A DNA stretch of 64,000 nucleotides from an uncultured Gemmatimonadaceae bacterium (GTDB taxonomy: Bacteria > Gemmatimonadota > Gemmatimonadetes > Gemmatimonadales > Gemmatimonadaceae). Shown one piece after another: positions 1 to 9,760 of the stretch; the stretch's first letter is position 1; each line of letters starts with the position of its first letter. Made by a program: the position numbers and the translations under genes. The DNA lies in the NCBI GenBank assembly GCA_963817955.1, contig CAWFQK010000003.1, positions 64,001 through 128,000 of the forward strand, read 5' to 3'. The notes under the pieces are model-generated. The model saw only the letters and a list, made by a program, of their open reading frames with translations, was not told the origin of the DNA and did no database searches.

Positions 1-400
1 CGTCGGCATCATCTTGCTGATCGGCATCGTGAAGAAGAACGCGATCATGATGATCGACTTCGCGCTGGACGCCGAGCGTGACCGGCACTTGGAGCCGGAA
101 AAGTCAATCGTGGACGCGGCTCACGTGCGCTTTCGCCCGATCATGATGACCACGGTAGCTGCGCTCGCAGGTACGCTGCCAATCGCGCTCGGTACCGGTG
201 CGGGCGCCGAGTCGCGCCGGCCACTCGGCATCGCGGTGGTTGGCGGGCTGGCGTTCTCTCAGTTCATCACGCTGTACATCACGCCGGTGGTGTACACGTA
301 CATGGACGCGTTCAACCGGCGATTGGAGGCGCGCGGCGGACGGCGAGGGCAGGCGGAGCGCGGGGACCAGATCGATCTTGGGCTGCAGGGGGCGGATTGA
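1..400 (+). CDS. RND efflux transporter permease (AcrB/MdtB-C family), C-terminal part, runs off window start
   Basis: Motifs [34 protein letters not shown]. Confidence 0.93.
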   Translation, partial: VGIILLIGIVKKNAIMMIDFALDAERDRHLEPEKSIVDAAHVRFRPIMMTTVAALAGTLPIALGTGAGAESRRPLGIAVVGGLAFSQFITLYITPVVYTYMDAFNRRLEARGGRRGQAERGDQIDLGLQGAD

Positions 401-407
401 CTGGAGG

Positions 408-793
408 CGGGACACGAGACACGAGACACTCACAACGCACAACTCACAACTGGAAACTCGAACCTCGCCGACCGGCGATAGTGGCCGGCGAGCCAGGCGC
501 CCTGGTGCGCATGGCCTGTATACTGACAACTGACAACTGATCACAGTACCCGCGATGCCTGTCCTCCTGAGCGAAGGACCTGGGAGATCGGATTGGACTC
601 CGGGTATTGACCGGCTGGTTGTCGCTGGCTGCTCCGTAGCGGTCGGCCCACCGGTCGGCGAGTTTCGAGTTTCCAGTTGTGAGTTATGCGTGGTGAGTGT
701 CTCGTGTCTCGTGTCTCGTGTCCCGTGTCCCGTGTCTCGTGTCTCGTGTCTCGTGTCCCGTGTCCCCCGCCGTGTCCCGTGTCCCGTGTCCCG
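408..793. repeat. Long inverted repeat (408-475 / 651-725) built of 7-bp units, followed by a GTGTCYC heptamer tract
   Basis: Arms are reverse complements with about 3 mismatches and one extra heptamer; GTGTCTC/GTGTCCC tandem continues to about 793. Confidence 0.9.
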
Positions 794-806
794 TTATTTT
801 CCCCCC

Positions 807-1805
807 ATGCCCATCTCCCTCGTCACCGGCGGCGCCGGATTCATCGGGTCGCACGTCGCCAAACATTGCCTGAACCTCGGCCACCAGGTTGTCGTGCTCG
901 ACGACCTGAGTGGTGGATTCCGCGATCACGTTCCCGAGGGCGCCCTGTTCGTCCAAGGCTCGATCACCGACGTGGCGCTGCTTAGGAAGTTGTTCAGTGA
1001 GTACGCCTTCGACCACGTCTACCACCTCGCCGCCTACGCCGCCGAGGGGCTGTCACACTTCATCAGACGCTTCAACTACACGAACAACGTCGTCGGCAGC
1101 ATCAACCTGATCAACGAAGCGATCGAGCATCAGGTCAAGTGCTTTGTCTTCACGTCATCGATCGCAGTGTACGGTGCGGGCCAGGTACCGATGACGGAAG
1201 ACATGGTGCCCCAGCCCGAGGATCCATACGGCATTGCCAAGTACGCCGTGGAGCTCGACCTGCGCGCGGCGCACGAAATGTTCGGGCTCAACTCCGTCGT
1301 CTTCCGCCCGCACAACGTTTACGGCGAGCACCAGAACATCGGCGATCGCTATCGCAACGTGATCGGCATCTTCATGAACCAGATCATGCAGAACCAGCCA
1401 CTCACGGTGTTTGGTGGTGGCGAACAGACGCGGGCCTTCAGCTACATCGATGACGTGGCGCCGCACATCGCGCAGTGTGTCGAGATCCCAGCGTCGTTCA
1501 ATCAGGTGATCAACATCGGTGCTGACACGCCGTACTCGGTCAACCACCTGGCAAGAGTCGTCGGTCGCGCGTTCGGTGCGGATCCGGACGTGAAGCACCT
1601 AGCGCCGCGGAACGAGGTCGTGCACGCATACTCGAGCCACGAAAAGGCGCGCCGAATTTTCGGCGACAGCGAGCCGGTCACCCTCGAGGACGGTATCGAC
1701 CGCATGGCTGCCTGGGCGCGTCGTGTCGGCGCGAGAGAAAGCTCGGTATTCGGTGAGATCGAGGTGGAGCGGAACCTGCCGCCGAGCTGGAACGTGCGCC
1801 GCTAA
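807..1805 (+). CDS. NAD-dependent epimerase/dehydratase (GalE-like extended SDR)
   Basis: TGGAGFIG, YGIAK (YxxxK), RPHNVYG; start moved to ATG 807 because the upstream ORF part is repeat-derived. Confidence 0.92.
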   Translation: MPISLVTGGAGFIGSHVAKHCLNLGHQVVVLDDLSGGFRDHVPEGALFVQGSITDVALLRKLFSEYAFDHVYHLAAYAAEGLSHFIRRFNYTNNVVGSINLINEAIEHQVKCFVFTSSIAVYGAGQVPMTEDMVPQPEDPYGIAKYAVELDLRAAHEMFGLNSVVFRPHNVYGEHQNIGDRYRNVIGIFMNQIMQNQPLTVFGGGEQTRAFSYIDDVAPHIAQCVEIPASFNQVINIGADTPYSVNHLARVVGRAFGADPDVKHLAPRNEVVHAYSSHEKARRIFGDSEPVTLEDGIDRMAAWARRVGARESSVFGEIEVERNLPPSWNVRR

Positions 1806-1843
1806 ACTACTCCGCCGGCAGCAAACTCTTCGCCCGCGCATGA

Positions 1844-1905
1844 CGAGACACGAGACACGGGACAACGGCGAACAACGGCGAACAACGGCGAACAACGGGG
1901 ACAAC
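1844..1905 (+). repeat. CACGAGA heptamers followed by ACAACGGCGA decamer x3-4
   Basis: Direct tandem repeats visible. Confidence 0.85.
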
Positions 1906-1940
1906 CTTAGATTCCGGGGATCAACACCAATAGGTAGGAC

Positions 1941-2933
1941 ATGTCCTCGAATCGAGTCGCGCTCCGGTTGCGTCGCGCGGTGATTATTGCTCTTGTCGGG
2001 CTTGGCAGCTTCACGACGCCGGGTCTGTCGCAGGCACCGAAGAAACGGGCGCACCGGAAGGCCCCAGCGGCCTCTCGCGACTCACTGCGCGCCACTCGCC
2101 ACGTCGACGTGCCCACGTGGCCCGTTCCGAACGTCCCAGCACCGCTACCGGGGTCTATTCTCCCCGCGAAGCGTATCGTCGCGTTCTATGGCAATCCGCT
2201 CTCGAAGCGCATGGGAATCTTGGGCGAGCTGCCGCCAGACGAAATGCTCGCGAAGCTGGATCGCGAGGTTGCGGCCTGGAATGCGGCCGATCCGGAGCAC
2301 GCCGTGCAGCCGGCGCTGCACCTCATTGCCGTCGTCGCCCAAGGCGATCCCGGCACGTCGGGCAAATACAGAACGCGCATGGACAGCGCGCTGATCGAGA
2401 AGGTGTATGGCTGGGCCAAGCAGCGGAACGCCTTGCTCTTTCTCGACGTGCAGGTGGGCACCGGCACGCTGCAGGAAGAATTGCCTCGGCTCGTGAAGTG
2501 GCTCCGGCGGCCCGACGTCCACCTCGCGATCGATCCCGAATTTTCAATGAAGAAGGGCAACAAGCCGGGTACGAAGATCGGGACGTTCGACGCGGCGGAC
2601 GTGAACTATGCGTCGAAGCTGCTGCAGGATCTCGTGACACAGGAGCATCTGCCACCAAAGGTGCTCGTGGTGCACCGCTTCACGCGCGACATGCTCACCG
2701 GCTACAAGCGCATCACGCTGGACCCGCGCGTGCAGATCGTGATCGACATGGACGGCTGGGGTCCGCCGCACCTGAAACGCGAGTCGTATCGGGCGTACGT
2801 CTACCAGTATCCGGTGGAGTACACGGGGTTCAAGCTGTTCTACAAGAATGACCGGAAGAAGGGCGGCACGCTCATGTCGCCGCAGGACGTTCTGGCCCTC
2901 ACGCCCAAGCCGCTGTATATCCAGTATCAGTAG
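1941..2933 (+). CDS. Secreted conserved hypothetical protein
   Basis: Signal-peptide-like N-terminus, globular domain with VAFYGNP, IDPEF, DMDGWG, GFKLFY; function not recognised. Confidence 0.75.
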   Translation: MSSNRVALRLRRAVIIALVGLGSFTTPGLSQAPKKRAHRKAPAASRDSLRATRHVDVPTWPVPNVPAPLPGSILPAKRIVAFYGNPLSKRMGILGELPPDEMLAKLDREVAAWNAADPEHAVQPALHLIAVVAQGDPGTSGKYRTRMDSALIEKVYGWAKQRNALLFLDVQVGTGTLQEELPRLVKWLRRPDVHLAIDPEFSMKKGNKPGTKIGTFDAADVNYASKLLQDLVTQEHLPPKVLVVHRFTRDMLTGYKRITLDPRVQIVIDMDGWGPPHLKRESYRAYVYQYPVEYTGFKLFYKNDRKKGGTLMSPQDVLALTPKPLYIQYQ

Positions 2934-2989
2934 GGGTAGCGGTCGCCTACCCGCTTCCCCCCTCGCCTACCCGCTCCACCGCCCGCGAC

Positions 2990-3700
2990 ATGCGCATCAG
3001 CGACATGAACTGGATGCAGGTCCAGGAATACCTACAACACGATGACCGCGCCGTGCTGCCGCTCGGGAGCACGGAGCAGCACAGCCATTTGCGGCTCACG
3101 GTCGATTGCATTCTTCCCGAACGTGTCGCGGCAGAAGCAGCTGAGCCACTCGGCGTGCCCGTATTCCCAGTGATGTCTTATGGCGTCACGCCTTACTTCC
3201 GCGAGTTCCCCGGGTCGATCTCGCTGCGCGTGGAGACGCATCTGCACGTGGTGCGCGACATCCTCGATGGCATGGCGCACAGTGGGTTCCGTCGCATTCT
3301 GATCGTCAACGGGCATGGCGGAAACGGTGCGGTACAACAGTTCGCGCAGGAGTGGGCTGCCGATAACGCCGAGTGCCGAGTGCTGTTCCACAACTGGTGG
3401 AACGCTCCGCTCACGTGGGCCAAAGTGCAGGCGATAGACCCCGTGGCGTCGCACGGATCGTGGATGGAGAACTTCCCATGGACGCGGCTGCCCGGCGTCG
3501 AGATGCCTGGAACCCAACGGCCCATGGTGGACCTCGCCCGGGTGCGCCTGCTCGACCCCGTCGCGTTGCGCGGATATCTGGGTGACGGCAACTACGGCGG
3601 CCTGTATCAGCGGTCAGACGACGACATGATCGCCCTCTGGCAGGTGGCGGTCGAGGAGACGCGGGCGTTGCTCGCGGGCTCGTGGGGCGACGCGTCCTAG
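2990..3700 (+). CDS. Creatininase/amidohydrolase family protein
   Basis: PLGSTEQHSHL, NGHGGN, H..WME motifs. Confidence 0.9.
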   Translation: MRISDMNWMQVQEYLQHDDRAVLPLGSTEQHSHLRLTVDCILPERVAAEAAEPLGVPVFPVMSYGVTPYFREFPGSISLRVETHLHVVRDILDGMAHSGFRRILIVNGHGGNGAVQQFAQEWAADNAECRVLFHNWWNAPLTWAKVQAIDPVASHGSWMENFPWTRLPGVEMPGTQRPMVDLARVRLLDPVALRGYLGDGNYGGLYQRSDDDMIALWQVAVEETRALLAGSWGDAS

Positions 3701-3708
3701 CGACGCGA

Positions 3709-4722
3709 ATGACCATGCGGTGTCTCATCTGGGGTGCTGGCGCGATCGGCGGCACATTGGGCGCGCATCTGGCGCGAGCCGGCCACGATGTAACGTTGGT
3801 CGATGTGGCCGATGAACATGTCGACGCCGTCGATCGCAACGGAATCCAGATCACTGGGCCCATTTCGGCGTTCACCGTACGCGTACCGGCCTTCACGCCA
3901 GAGACGGTGTCCGGCGAGTGGGACACGATCGTGTTGGCGACCAAGGCACACCATACCGAGAGTGCTGCGCACGCGCTCCGCCGGCACCTCACAGCCAACG
4001 GCTGTGTAATTTCGGCACAGAATGGGCTCAACGAGCTAGCGATCGCGCAGGTGGTCGGCGCGGAGCGAACGGTGGGCGCGTTCGTCAACTTCGGCGCGGA
4101 CTACATGGAGCCGGGGGTGATTCATTACGGCGGCCGCGGGGCCGTGGTGGTTGGTGAGATTGACGGATGCATCAGGCCGCGCGTTCTGTCGATTCGCGAC
4201 GCGTGGCTGGATTTTGATTCCCGGGCAGCGGCCACGCCGAACATCTGGGGTTATCTGTGGGGCAAGGAGGCGTACGGCGCGATGCTGTTCGCCACGGCGC
4301 TCACCAATGAATCGATCGCCGACGCTCTGGCGCTGCCGGAACATCGCGATCTGTACATTGCTCTGGCGCGGGAGATTCTCGCCGTGGCGGCAGCCCGCGG
4401 CATCGCGCCCGAAGCGTTCGACGGATTCGATCCGGCAGCGTATTTGCCCGATGCGCCACCAAGCGCCGCAGCGCATTCGCTCGACGATCTCGTTTCTTTC
4501 AATCGCCGCTCGGCCAAGTCGCACAGCGGGATCTGGCGCGATCTCGCCGTGCGGAAGCGACGCACGGAAGTCGATGCGCAACTTGGCATCGTCGTGGCGC
4601 TCGGGAATGCGGCCGGTGTGGCGACGCCACTCACGGCGCGCCTGGTCGAGTTGATTCACGACATCGAGCGCGGCGCACGCGCGCAGTCGCTCGACACCTT
4701 AGAGGCGATGGCCAACGCATGA
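3709..4722 (+). CDS. Ketopantoate reductase (PanE/ApbA) family protein
   Basis: GAGAIGG, ATKA, QNGL, RRTEVD motifs. Confidence 0.88.
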   Translation: MTMRCLIWGAGAIGGTLGAHLARAGHDVTLVDVADEHVDAVDRNGIQITGPISAFTVRVPAFTPETVSGEWDTIVLATKAHHTESAAHALRRHLTANGCVISAQNGLNELAIAQVVGAERTVGAFVNFGADYMEPGVIHYGGRGAVVVGEIDGCIRPRVLSIRDAWLDFDSRAAATPNIWGYLWGKEAYGAMLFATALTNESIADALALPEHRDLYIALAREILAVAAARGIAPEAFDGFDPAAYLPDAPPSAAAHSLDDLVSFNRRSAKSHSGIWRDLAVRKRRTEVDAQLGIVVALGNAAGVATPLTARLVELIHDIERGARAQSLDTLEAMANA

Positions 4723-5486
4723 ACATGGATTTTCGCGGCAAGACCGCCATCGTCACGGGTGCCGCCCACGGCTTCGGGCGGGCAATCGCATTAGCGTTTG
4801 CTCAACGCGGCGCGGCTGTCTGGGTCTGTGACGTCGTCGAGAGCGAGCTCCTCGAGACGCGGCAGCTCGGCGAAACGGCTGGCGGAACGTGCGCGGCGCG
4901 TGTGGTGGACGTGCGCGACAAACGAGCGGTGGACGGGTTGGTCGCCGCCGCGTCGGCTGAAACGGGACGAGTGGACATTCTGGTGAACAACGCGGGCGGC
5001 GTGCTGGGTCAGGTTGGCCGCCCGTTGGAAGATGTGACGCCGGAGCAGTGGCAGAGCATCTTCGACGTGAACGTGAGCGGCGCGTTCTACCTCTCGCAGG
5101 CTGTTGCGCCGGGAATGAAGACGGCGCGCGGCGGCCGCATCGTCAACATCTCCAGCGGTGCTGGGCTGGGGATCAGTCTCACCGGTATTCAGGCATACGC
5201 ATCGGCGAAGGCAGCGCAGATTGGGTTGACGCGCCAGCTTGCGCACGAGTTGGGACCGTGGGGCATTACGGTCAACAACATCGCGCCGGGATTCGTGCGC
5301 TCCAATGCGGCCACCGAGCGTCAGTGGGAATCCTACGGTGAGCAGGGTCAGCGTGACCTGGTTGAACGAATTGCGCTCAAGCGGCTCGGCACGCCAGAGG
5401 ACATTGCGAACGGCGTGTTGTTCTTCGCGTCAGACTATGCGAATTGGATTACTGGGCAGGTGATTTCGATTGATGGGGGGAAGTGA
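4719..5486 (+). CDS. Short-chain dehydrogenase/reductase (FabG-like)
   Basis: TGAAHGFG, NNAG, YASAK; ATGA overlap with upstream gene. Confidence 0.92.
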   Translation: MNMDFRGKTAIVTGAAHGFGRAIALAFAQRGAAVWVCDVVESELLETRQLGETAGGTCAARVVDVRDKRAVDGLVAAASAETGRVDILVNNAGGVLGQVGRPLEDVTPEQWQSIFDVNVSGAFYLSQAVAPGMKTARGGRIVNISSGAGLGISLTGIQAYASAKAAQIGLTRQLAHELGPWGITVNNIAPGFVRSNAATERQWESYGEQGQRDLVERIALKRLGTPEDIANGVLFFASDYANWITGQVISIDGGK

Positions 5487-5524
5487 GGGGGGGACACGAG
5501 ACAACGGGACAACGGGGCAACGTG

Positions 5525-6916
5525 ATGGATGACGGAGTAGAGGTTCCTGTGATCGCGCGGCTCCGCGCGAGTCATGATCGCATTCTTGGCGAGCTGATTC
5601 AGTTCGCGTCGATCGCCAGCGTGAGCACGGACCCGGCTCACGCCGCCGACATGGGTGCGGCGGCGGAATGGGTCGCTTCGGCGCTGGCGTCTGCCGGCCC
5701 GTTTACGGTCCGCACCATGCCCACGCCTGGCAATCCTGTGGTGTATGGCGAATGGCTCGGTGCGCCGGGTGCACTGACGGTACTCGTCTACGGCCATTAC
5801 GACGTGCAGCCGGAAGATCCATTAGAAAAGTGGCAGAGTCCACCGTTCGTTCCAACGGTGCGCGACGGGCGGCTCTTTGCGCGCGGCGTATCGGACGACA
5901 AGGGACCGATGTTGATCCCGATCAAGGTTGCCGAGGCATTCTTCGCGACGGCGGGCCGTTTGCCGATCAATGTGAAATGCCTGTTCGAGGGAGAGGAAGA
6001 AATCGGCAGCCCCAGCCTGGATGCATTCATTGCGCAGCACAAAGAGCTGCTCGCTGCGGACGTCGTGATTTCGGCGGACGGCGCCATGTGGCGCATCAAC
6101 GAGCCGTCGCTCACGGTGGCGAGCCGCGGGCTTGCCGGACTGGAGCTCACGCTCACCGGCGCATCAAAGGACTTGCATTCGGGGCGACATGGCGGCGGCA
6201 TCGCCAACCCCCTGCACGCCATGGCACGCCTCATCGCGACGCTGCACGAGCCGAACGGTCGCGTTGCCGTCGCTGGATTCTACGATAAGGTGCGCGAGCT
6301 CACGATGGCGGAGCGCGCCGATATCGCGGCCCTGCCATTCGACGAGGGGGCCTATCTCGCGCAGGTCGGAGCGCCGGCGGCATTCGGTGAGCCAGGGTAC
6401 ACGACGCTGGAGCGTCAATGGACGCGGCCGACGCTCGAGGTCAACGGCATGTGGGGTGGCTACGAGGGGCCGGGGCAGAAGACGGTGATCCCCACGGAGG
6501 CGCATGCAAAGATCACCTGCCGCTTGGTGCCGGATCAGGATCCGGACGATATCGTATCTCTGGTGACACGTCACCTGGAGTCTCATGTTCCGCCGGGCAC
6601 GCGATTGTCGATTGCCGCAAGCGATCATGGTGCGCGCCCGTCGCACATTGAGTCAGATCATTTCGCCTTGAAAGCCGCGGACGCTGCGTTGCACGCCGTC
6701 TATGGAGTGCGACCGTTGGTCGTCCGCATGGGCGGCACTGTGCCAATCGGGGAATTGTTCCAGCGTCACATGGGTCTGGATACCGTGTTCTTCTCGTTCT
6801 CGACCGCCGACGAAGACTATCACGCACCGAACGAGTTCTTTCGTGTGCACCGGTTGCACGAAGGGCTGGAGGCGTGGGCGCGCTACTGGAAGATTCTCGG
6901 CGAGGTGCGCTCCTGA
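5525..6916 (+). CDS. M20 family dipeptidase/amidohydrolase
   Basis: YGHYDVQP, RGVSDDKG, EGEEE, HAPNE. Confidence 0.92.
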   Translation: MDDGVEVPVIARLRASHDRILGELIQFASIASVSTDPAHAADMGAAAEWVASALASAGPFTVRTMPTPGNPVVYGEWLGAPGALTVLVYGHYDVQPEDPLEKWQSPPFVPTVRDGRLFARGVSDDKGPMLIPIKVAEAFFATAGRLPINVKCLFEGEEEIGSPSLDAFIAQHKELLAADVVISADGAMWRINEPSLTVASRGLAGLELTLTGASKDLHSGRHGGGIANPLHAMARLIATLHEPNGRVAVAGFYDKVRELTMAERADIAALPFDEGAYLAQVGAPAAFGEPGYTTLERQWTRPTLEVNGMWGGYEGPGQKTVIPTEAHAKITCRLVPDQDPDDIVSLVTRHLESHVPPGTRLSIAASDHGARPSHIESDHFALKAADAALHAVYGVRPLVVRMGGTVPIGELFQRHMGLDTVFFSFSTADEDYHAPNEFFRVHRLHEGLEAWARYWKILGEVRS

Positions 6917-8397
6917 AAATTTCTGCCACCGATTCCAACGTCGCCCTGACTCCAGCGTCCGACAGCGGCCACGCTGGGGTTGCGCAATCCGAGCTCGCCC
7001 GAGCCGAGGCGCGCGTCGAGGCACATAGCGCGTCGCTCAAGAAAGAGTTGGGCATCCGCGACCTCGTCCTCACCCAGATCCTCTTCATCGTGGGGCTGGC
7101 ATGGATCGGCGTCGCCGGAAAGCTCGGCCCCTCGCACGTCGTGTTGTGGCTGGGTGCGCTCGTGCTGTTCTACCTGCCGTCAGCCGCGGTGGTGATGTAC
7201 CTGAACAAACTGATGCCACTCGAGGGCGGGCTATACCAGTGGGCGAAGCTCGGATTCAATGAGACGGTTGGCTTTCTGCTCGCGTGGAACCTGTGGCTCT
7301 ACGTGATCGTGTTCACGTCGGAGATCGGTCTGCAGTGCGCGACGTACCTGTCCTATGCACTGGGACCGAGTGCGGCCTGGATGACGAAGAGTACACCGTT
7401 TGTGGCGTTGTCGTCGGCCGTAATCCTTTCGATGATGGTCGTGGCATCGACGATCGGGTTATCGGTGGGAAAGTGGGTCCACAACATTGGCGGCGTCATG
7501 ATGTTGGTGATCTTCGGCGCCCTGCTGGTGTTGCCCGTGCTCAGTCTGCTCACCGGTCATCTGCACGAGTATCATCCTTTTCGCACGAGCGTTCCGGCAT
7601 TCTCATTGTTCAACCTGAACATACTCGGCAAGCTGGGATTTGGTGCGCTCGGCGGATTCGAGTACGTCGCGATTCTCGCGGGCGAGACCAGAGCACCGGG
7701 CAAATCGGTCGGCCGATCCGTGCTCATAGCGGCGCCAGTGATTGCGCTCATGTTCGTACTTGGTACGAGCACCGTCGTCGCGTTCATCCCGGCGAACGAC
7801 ATCGATCTGGTCGGACCATTGCCGCAGGTGCTCCGCGTCGGGTTTGGTCCGTTCGGCATTGCGGCGCAGCTCGTGACTGTCGCGATCCTGATGACGCTGG
7901 CGATGCGCGTGGCGCAGGTGAGCGTGAGCTTTACCGCGGTGGCGCGCCTGCCGATGGTTGCTGGGTGGGACCGCCTGCTTCCGGCATGGTTCAGCCGGTT
8001 GCACGCGAAGTATCAGACGCCGGTGAACTCGATCGTGCTCGTTGGCGTATGCTCGTTCGGCATCTCGTTGTTGAGTCTCATTGGCGTGGGGCAGGCCGAA
8101 GCGTTCCAGTTGCTGTTCAACGCGGGCGGAATGTTCTACGCCCTCACGTACGTCGTGATGTTCGCGATCCCGTTATTTGGACTTCACGGCCTGTCGCCTC
8201 GACCGCCGCTGTGGCTCAGGGTGGTATCGACGTCGGGGCTTCTGATGACGGTGCTCTACATTGTGCTCTCTGTTTTCCCGATCATCCAGGTGGCGAGCGT
8301 GGCGACGTTCGCGTTCAAGATCATGCTGGTGATCGTCGCGGCGAATGCGGTAGGAATAGTCATCCTGCTTTCGGCGAGGCGGCGGGCGGCACGGTGA
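6874..8397 (+). CDS. APC family amino-acid permease (start uncertain)
   Basis: About 12 hydrophobic segments, LKKELG, EGGLYQW, GGFE. Confidence 0.88.
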   Translation: MGALLEDSRRGALLKISATDSNVALTPASDSGHAGVAQSELARAEARVEAHSASLKKELGIRDLVLTQILFIVGLAWIGVAGKLGPSHVVLWLGALVLFYLPSAAVVMYLNKLMPLEGGLYQWAKLGFNETVGFLLAWNLWLYVIVFTSEIGLQCATYLSYALGPSAAWMTKSTPFVALSSAVILSMMVVASTIGLSVGKWVHNIGGVMMLVIFGALLVLPVLSLLTGHLHEYHPFRTSVPAFSLFNLNILGKLGFGALGGFEYVAILAGETRAPGKSVGRSVLIAAPVIALMFVLGTSTVVAFIPANDIDLVGPLPQVLRVGFGPFGIAAQLVTVAILMTLAMRVAQVSVSFTAVARLPMVAGWDRLLPAWFSRLHAKYQTPVNSIVLVGVCSFGISLLSLIGVGQAEAFQLLFNAGGMFYALTYVVMFAIPLFGLHGLSPRPPLWLRVVSTSGLLMTVLYIVLSVFPIIQVASVATFAFKIMLVIVAANAVGIVILLSARRRAAR

Positions 8398-8540
8398 GGT
8401 CGAGTAGGCGTGTGCTCGGCGTTCTGCACTTCAGGCGCTGACGTTGCCGATCTGAGCGAACAGCTTCGCCGCCGCCTTGGACCGAAATGGGTACACGCTG
8501 TTGCGAAGACCCAACTGGTCTTGATGGACAGGCGACAGTG

Positions 8541-8561
8541 TTGTACAGTACACTTGTACAA
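8541..8561. promoter_or_regulatory. Putative YefM-YoeB autoregulatory operator
   Basis: Two TGTACA palindromes (8542-8547, 8555-8560) upstream of the antitoxin; TGTACA is the core of the E. coli yefM-yoeB operator. Confidence 0.7.
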
Positions 8562-8612
8562 GCAATAGCACTCTGGGCGGCCTGGAGAGGACACTCACTC
8601 ACGGAGTGAAGG

Positions 8613-8891
8613 ATGGGAACCGCCAGCTACAGCCATCTTCGCGAGCACCTCGCTGAGGTGTGGGACGAGGTTGAGGCGACGCAGGAACCGGTGATCGTCA
8701 GCCGGCGCGGGCACCGGGACATCGCGATCCTGCCCGCGGACGAACTGGAATCCCTCCGCGAGACCGCGCACCTCATGCGCTCGCCGGCCAACGCACGGCG
8801 ACTGCTCGCGGCGATTGCTCGTGCGCAGAGCGGCAAGGGCAAGGTGGTGGACCCCCAGGGACTGCGTCGGGAGCTCGAGCTCACCGACTGA
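8613..8891 (+). CDS. yefM: Phd/YefM family antitoxin
   Basis: SYSHLREHL, EPVIVSRRG, ESLRETAHLMRSPANARRL. Confidence 0.92.
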   Translation: MGTASYSHLREHLAEVWDEVEATQEPVIVSRRGHRDIAILPADELESLRETAHLMRSPANARRLLAAIARAQSGKGKVVDPQGLRRELELTD

Positions 8892-8917
8892 CCGGCACGA
8901 CCCGATACGGGTACGCA

Positions 8918-9217
8918 ATGCCACGGAAGCAAAAGTCCGGCGCTGTCGAGGGCGGCCAGAAGAGACAGTGTGTGCTCGACCCCGATTTCCGGGAGGACCT
9001 CGAGTGGTGGGTCCAGACCAAACCGCGCGTGGCGCTCCGCTTGCTCGAGCTGGTCGAGGCTACGCTTCGCGAGCCGTTCAGTGGCATGGGTAAGCCAGAG
9101 CCGCTGAAGCAGCTAGGCTCGAACGTGTGGTCGCGGCGTCTGACCGAAGAGCACCGGGTCGTGTACGTCGTGCACGACGCTCAGATCGTGTTCGTGCAGG
9201 GACGGTATCACTACTGA
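8918..9217 (+). CDS. yoeB: Txe/YoeB family toxin
   Basis: PFSGMGKPEPLK, WSRRLTEEHRVVY, C-terminal RYHY. Confidence 0.94.
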   Translation: MPRKQKSGAVEGGQKRQCVLDPDFREDLEWWVQTKPRVALRLLELVEATLREPFSGMGKPEPLKQLGSNVWSRRLTEEHRVVYVVHDAQIVFVQGRYHY

Positions 9218-9236
9218 CTACAGCTCCCTCTACAAA

Positions 9237-9272
9237 GCAAAAGGCACTCGGCTTTCGCTGAGCGCCTTTTGT
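9237..9272. terminator. Bidirectional intrinsic terminator between yoeB and tRNA-Phe
   Basis: CAAAAGGCACTC...GAGCGCCTTTTG hairpin flanked by A and T runs. Confidence 0.7.
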
Positions 9273-9288
9273 GATGTTCTCCCCATGA

Positions 9289-9361
<73 letters not shown>

Positions 9362-9372
9362 TTAAGCCGTTC

Positions 9373-9402
9373 AATTTATTCGAGTTACTGTTGCCATGTC
9401 AA
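9373..9402 (-). promoter_or_regulatory. Sigma70 promoter of tRNA-Phe
   Basis: TTGACA-18 nt-TAAATT on minus strand just upstream of the tRNA. Confidence 0.65.
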
Positions 9403-9610
9403 CGCCCAGGAACCGCTGCCGCCGCAGTTGACGCAGGCCCCAGCCGCCAACTGGAAGGCATGTGACCCGGACAGCCCCTCGCAGCGTTGGATGGTCAGCA
9501 GGGATGGGTCGTTGCTGTGAGAATTTCTCTCGCATGACCGGCCCATAGAACATACATTGTGGTCTTTCCGCCGATCTCAGTCCGGCTTGAGTCTACCCTC
9601 CGCTCTATAT

Positions 9611-9628
9611 GGTAACGAAACCGTTACC
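9611..9628. promoter_or_regulatory. Palindromic operator candidate upstream of the TonB-dependent receptor
   Basis: GGTAACG-AAAC-CGTTACC perfect 7-bp inverted repeat. Confidence 0.45.
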
Positions 9629-9760
9629 GTTGGCCGAGCAGCCAGGCGACAATCTCTTTTCAGTTTTTCAGGACTGCCCACGCGCTCCACTCCCGCGAGC
9701 CGTGTGGACACGGGCGATGCCGAGGTTCGGCATCACACTTTACGAGGACAAACCCACCGT

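Noticed and set aside
555..806. Cys/Arg/Val-rich N-terminal extension of the epimerase (and similar ones on queF and the MBL hydrolase)
   Set aside because: Translation of the GTGTCYC heptamer tract; family homology starts at the downstream ATG
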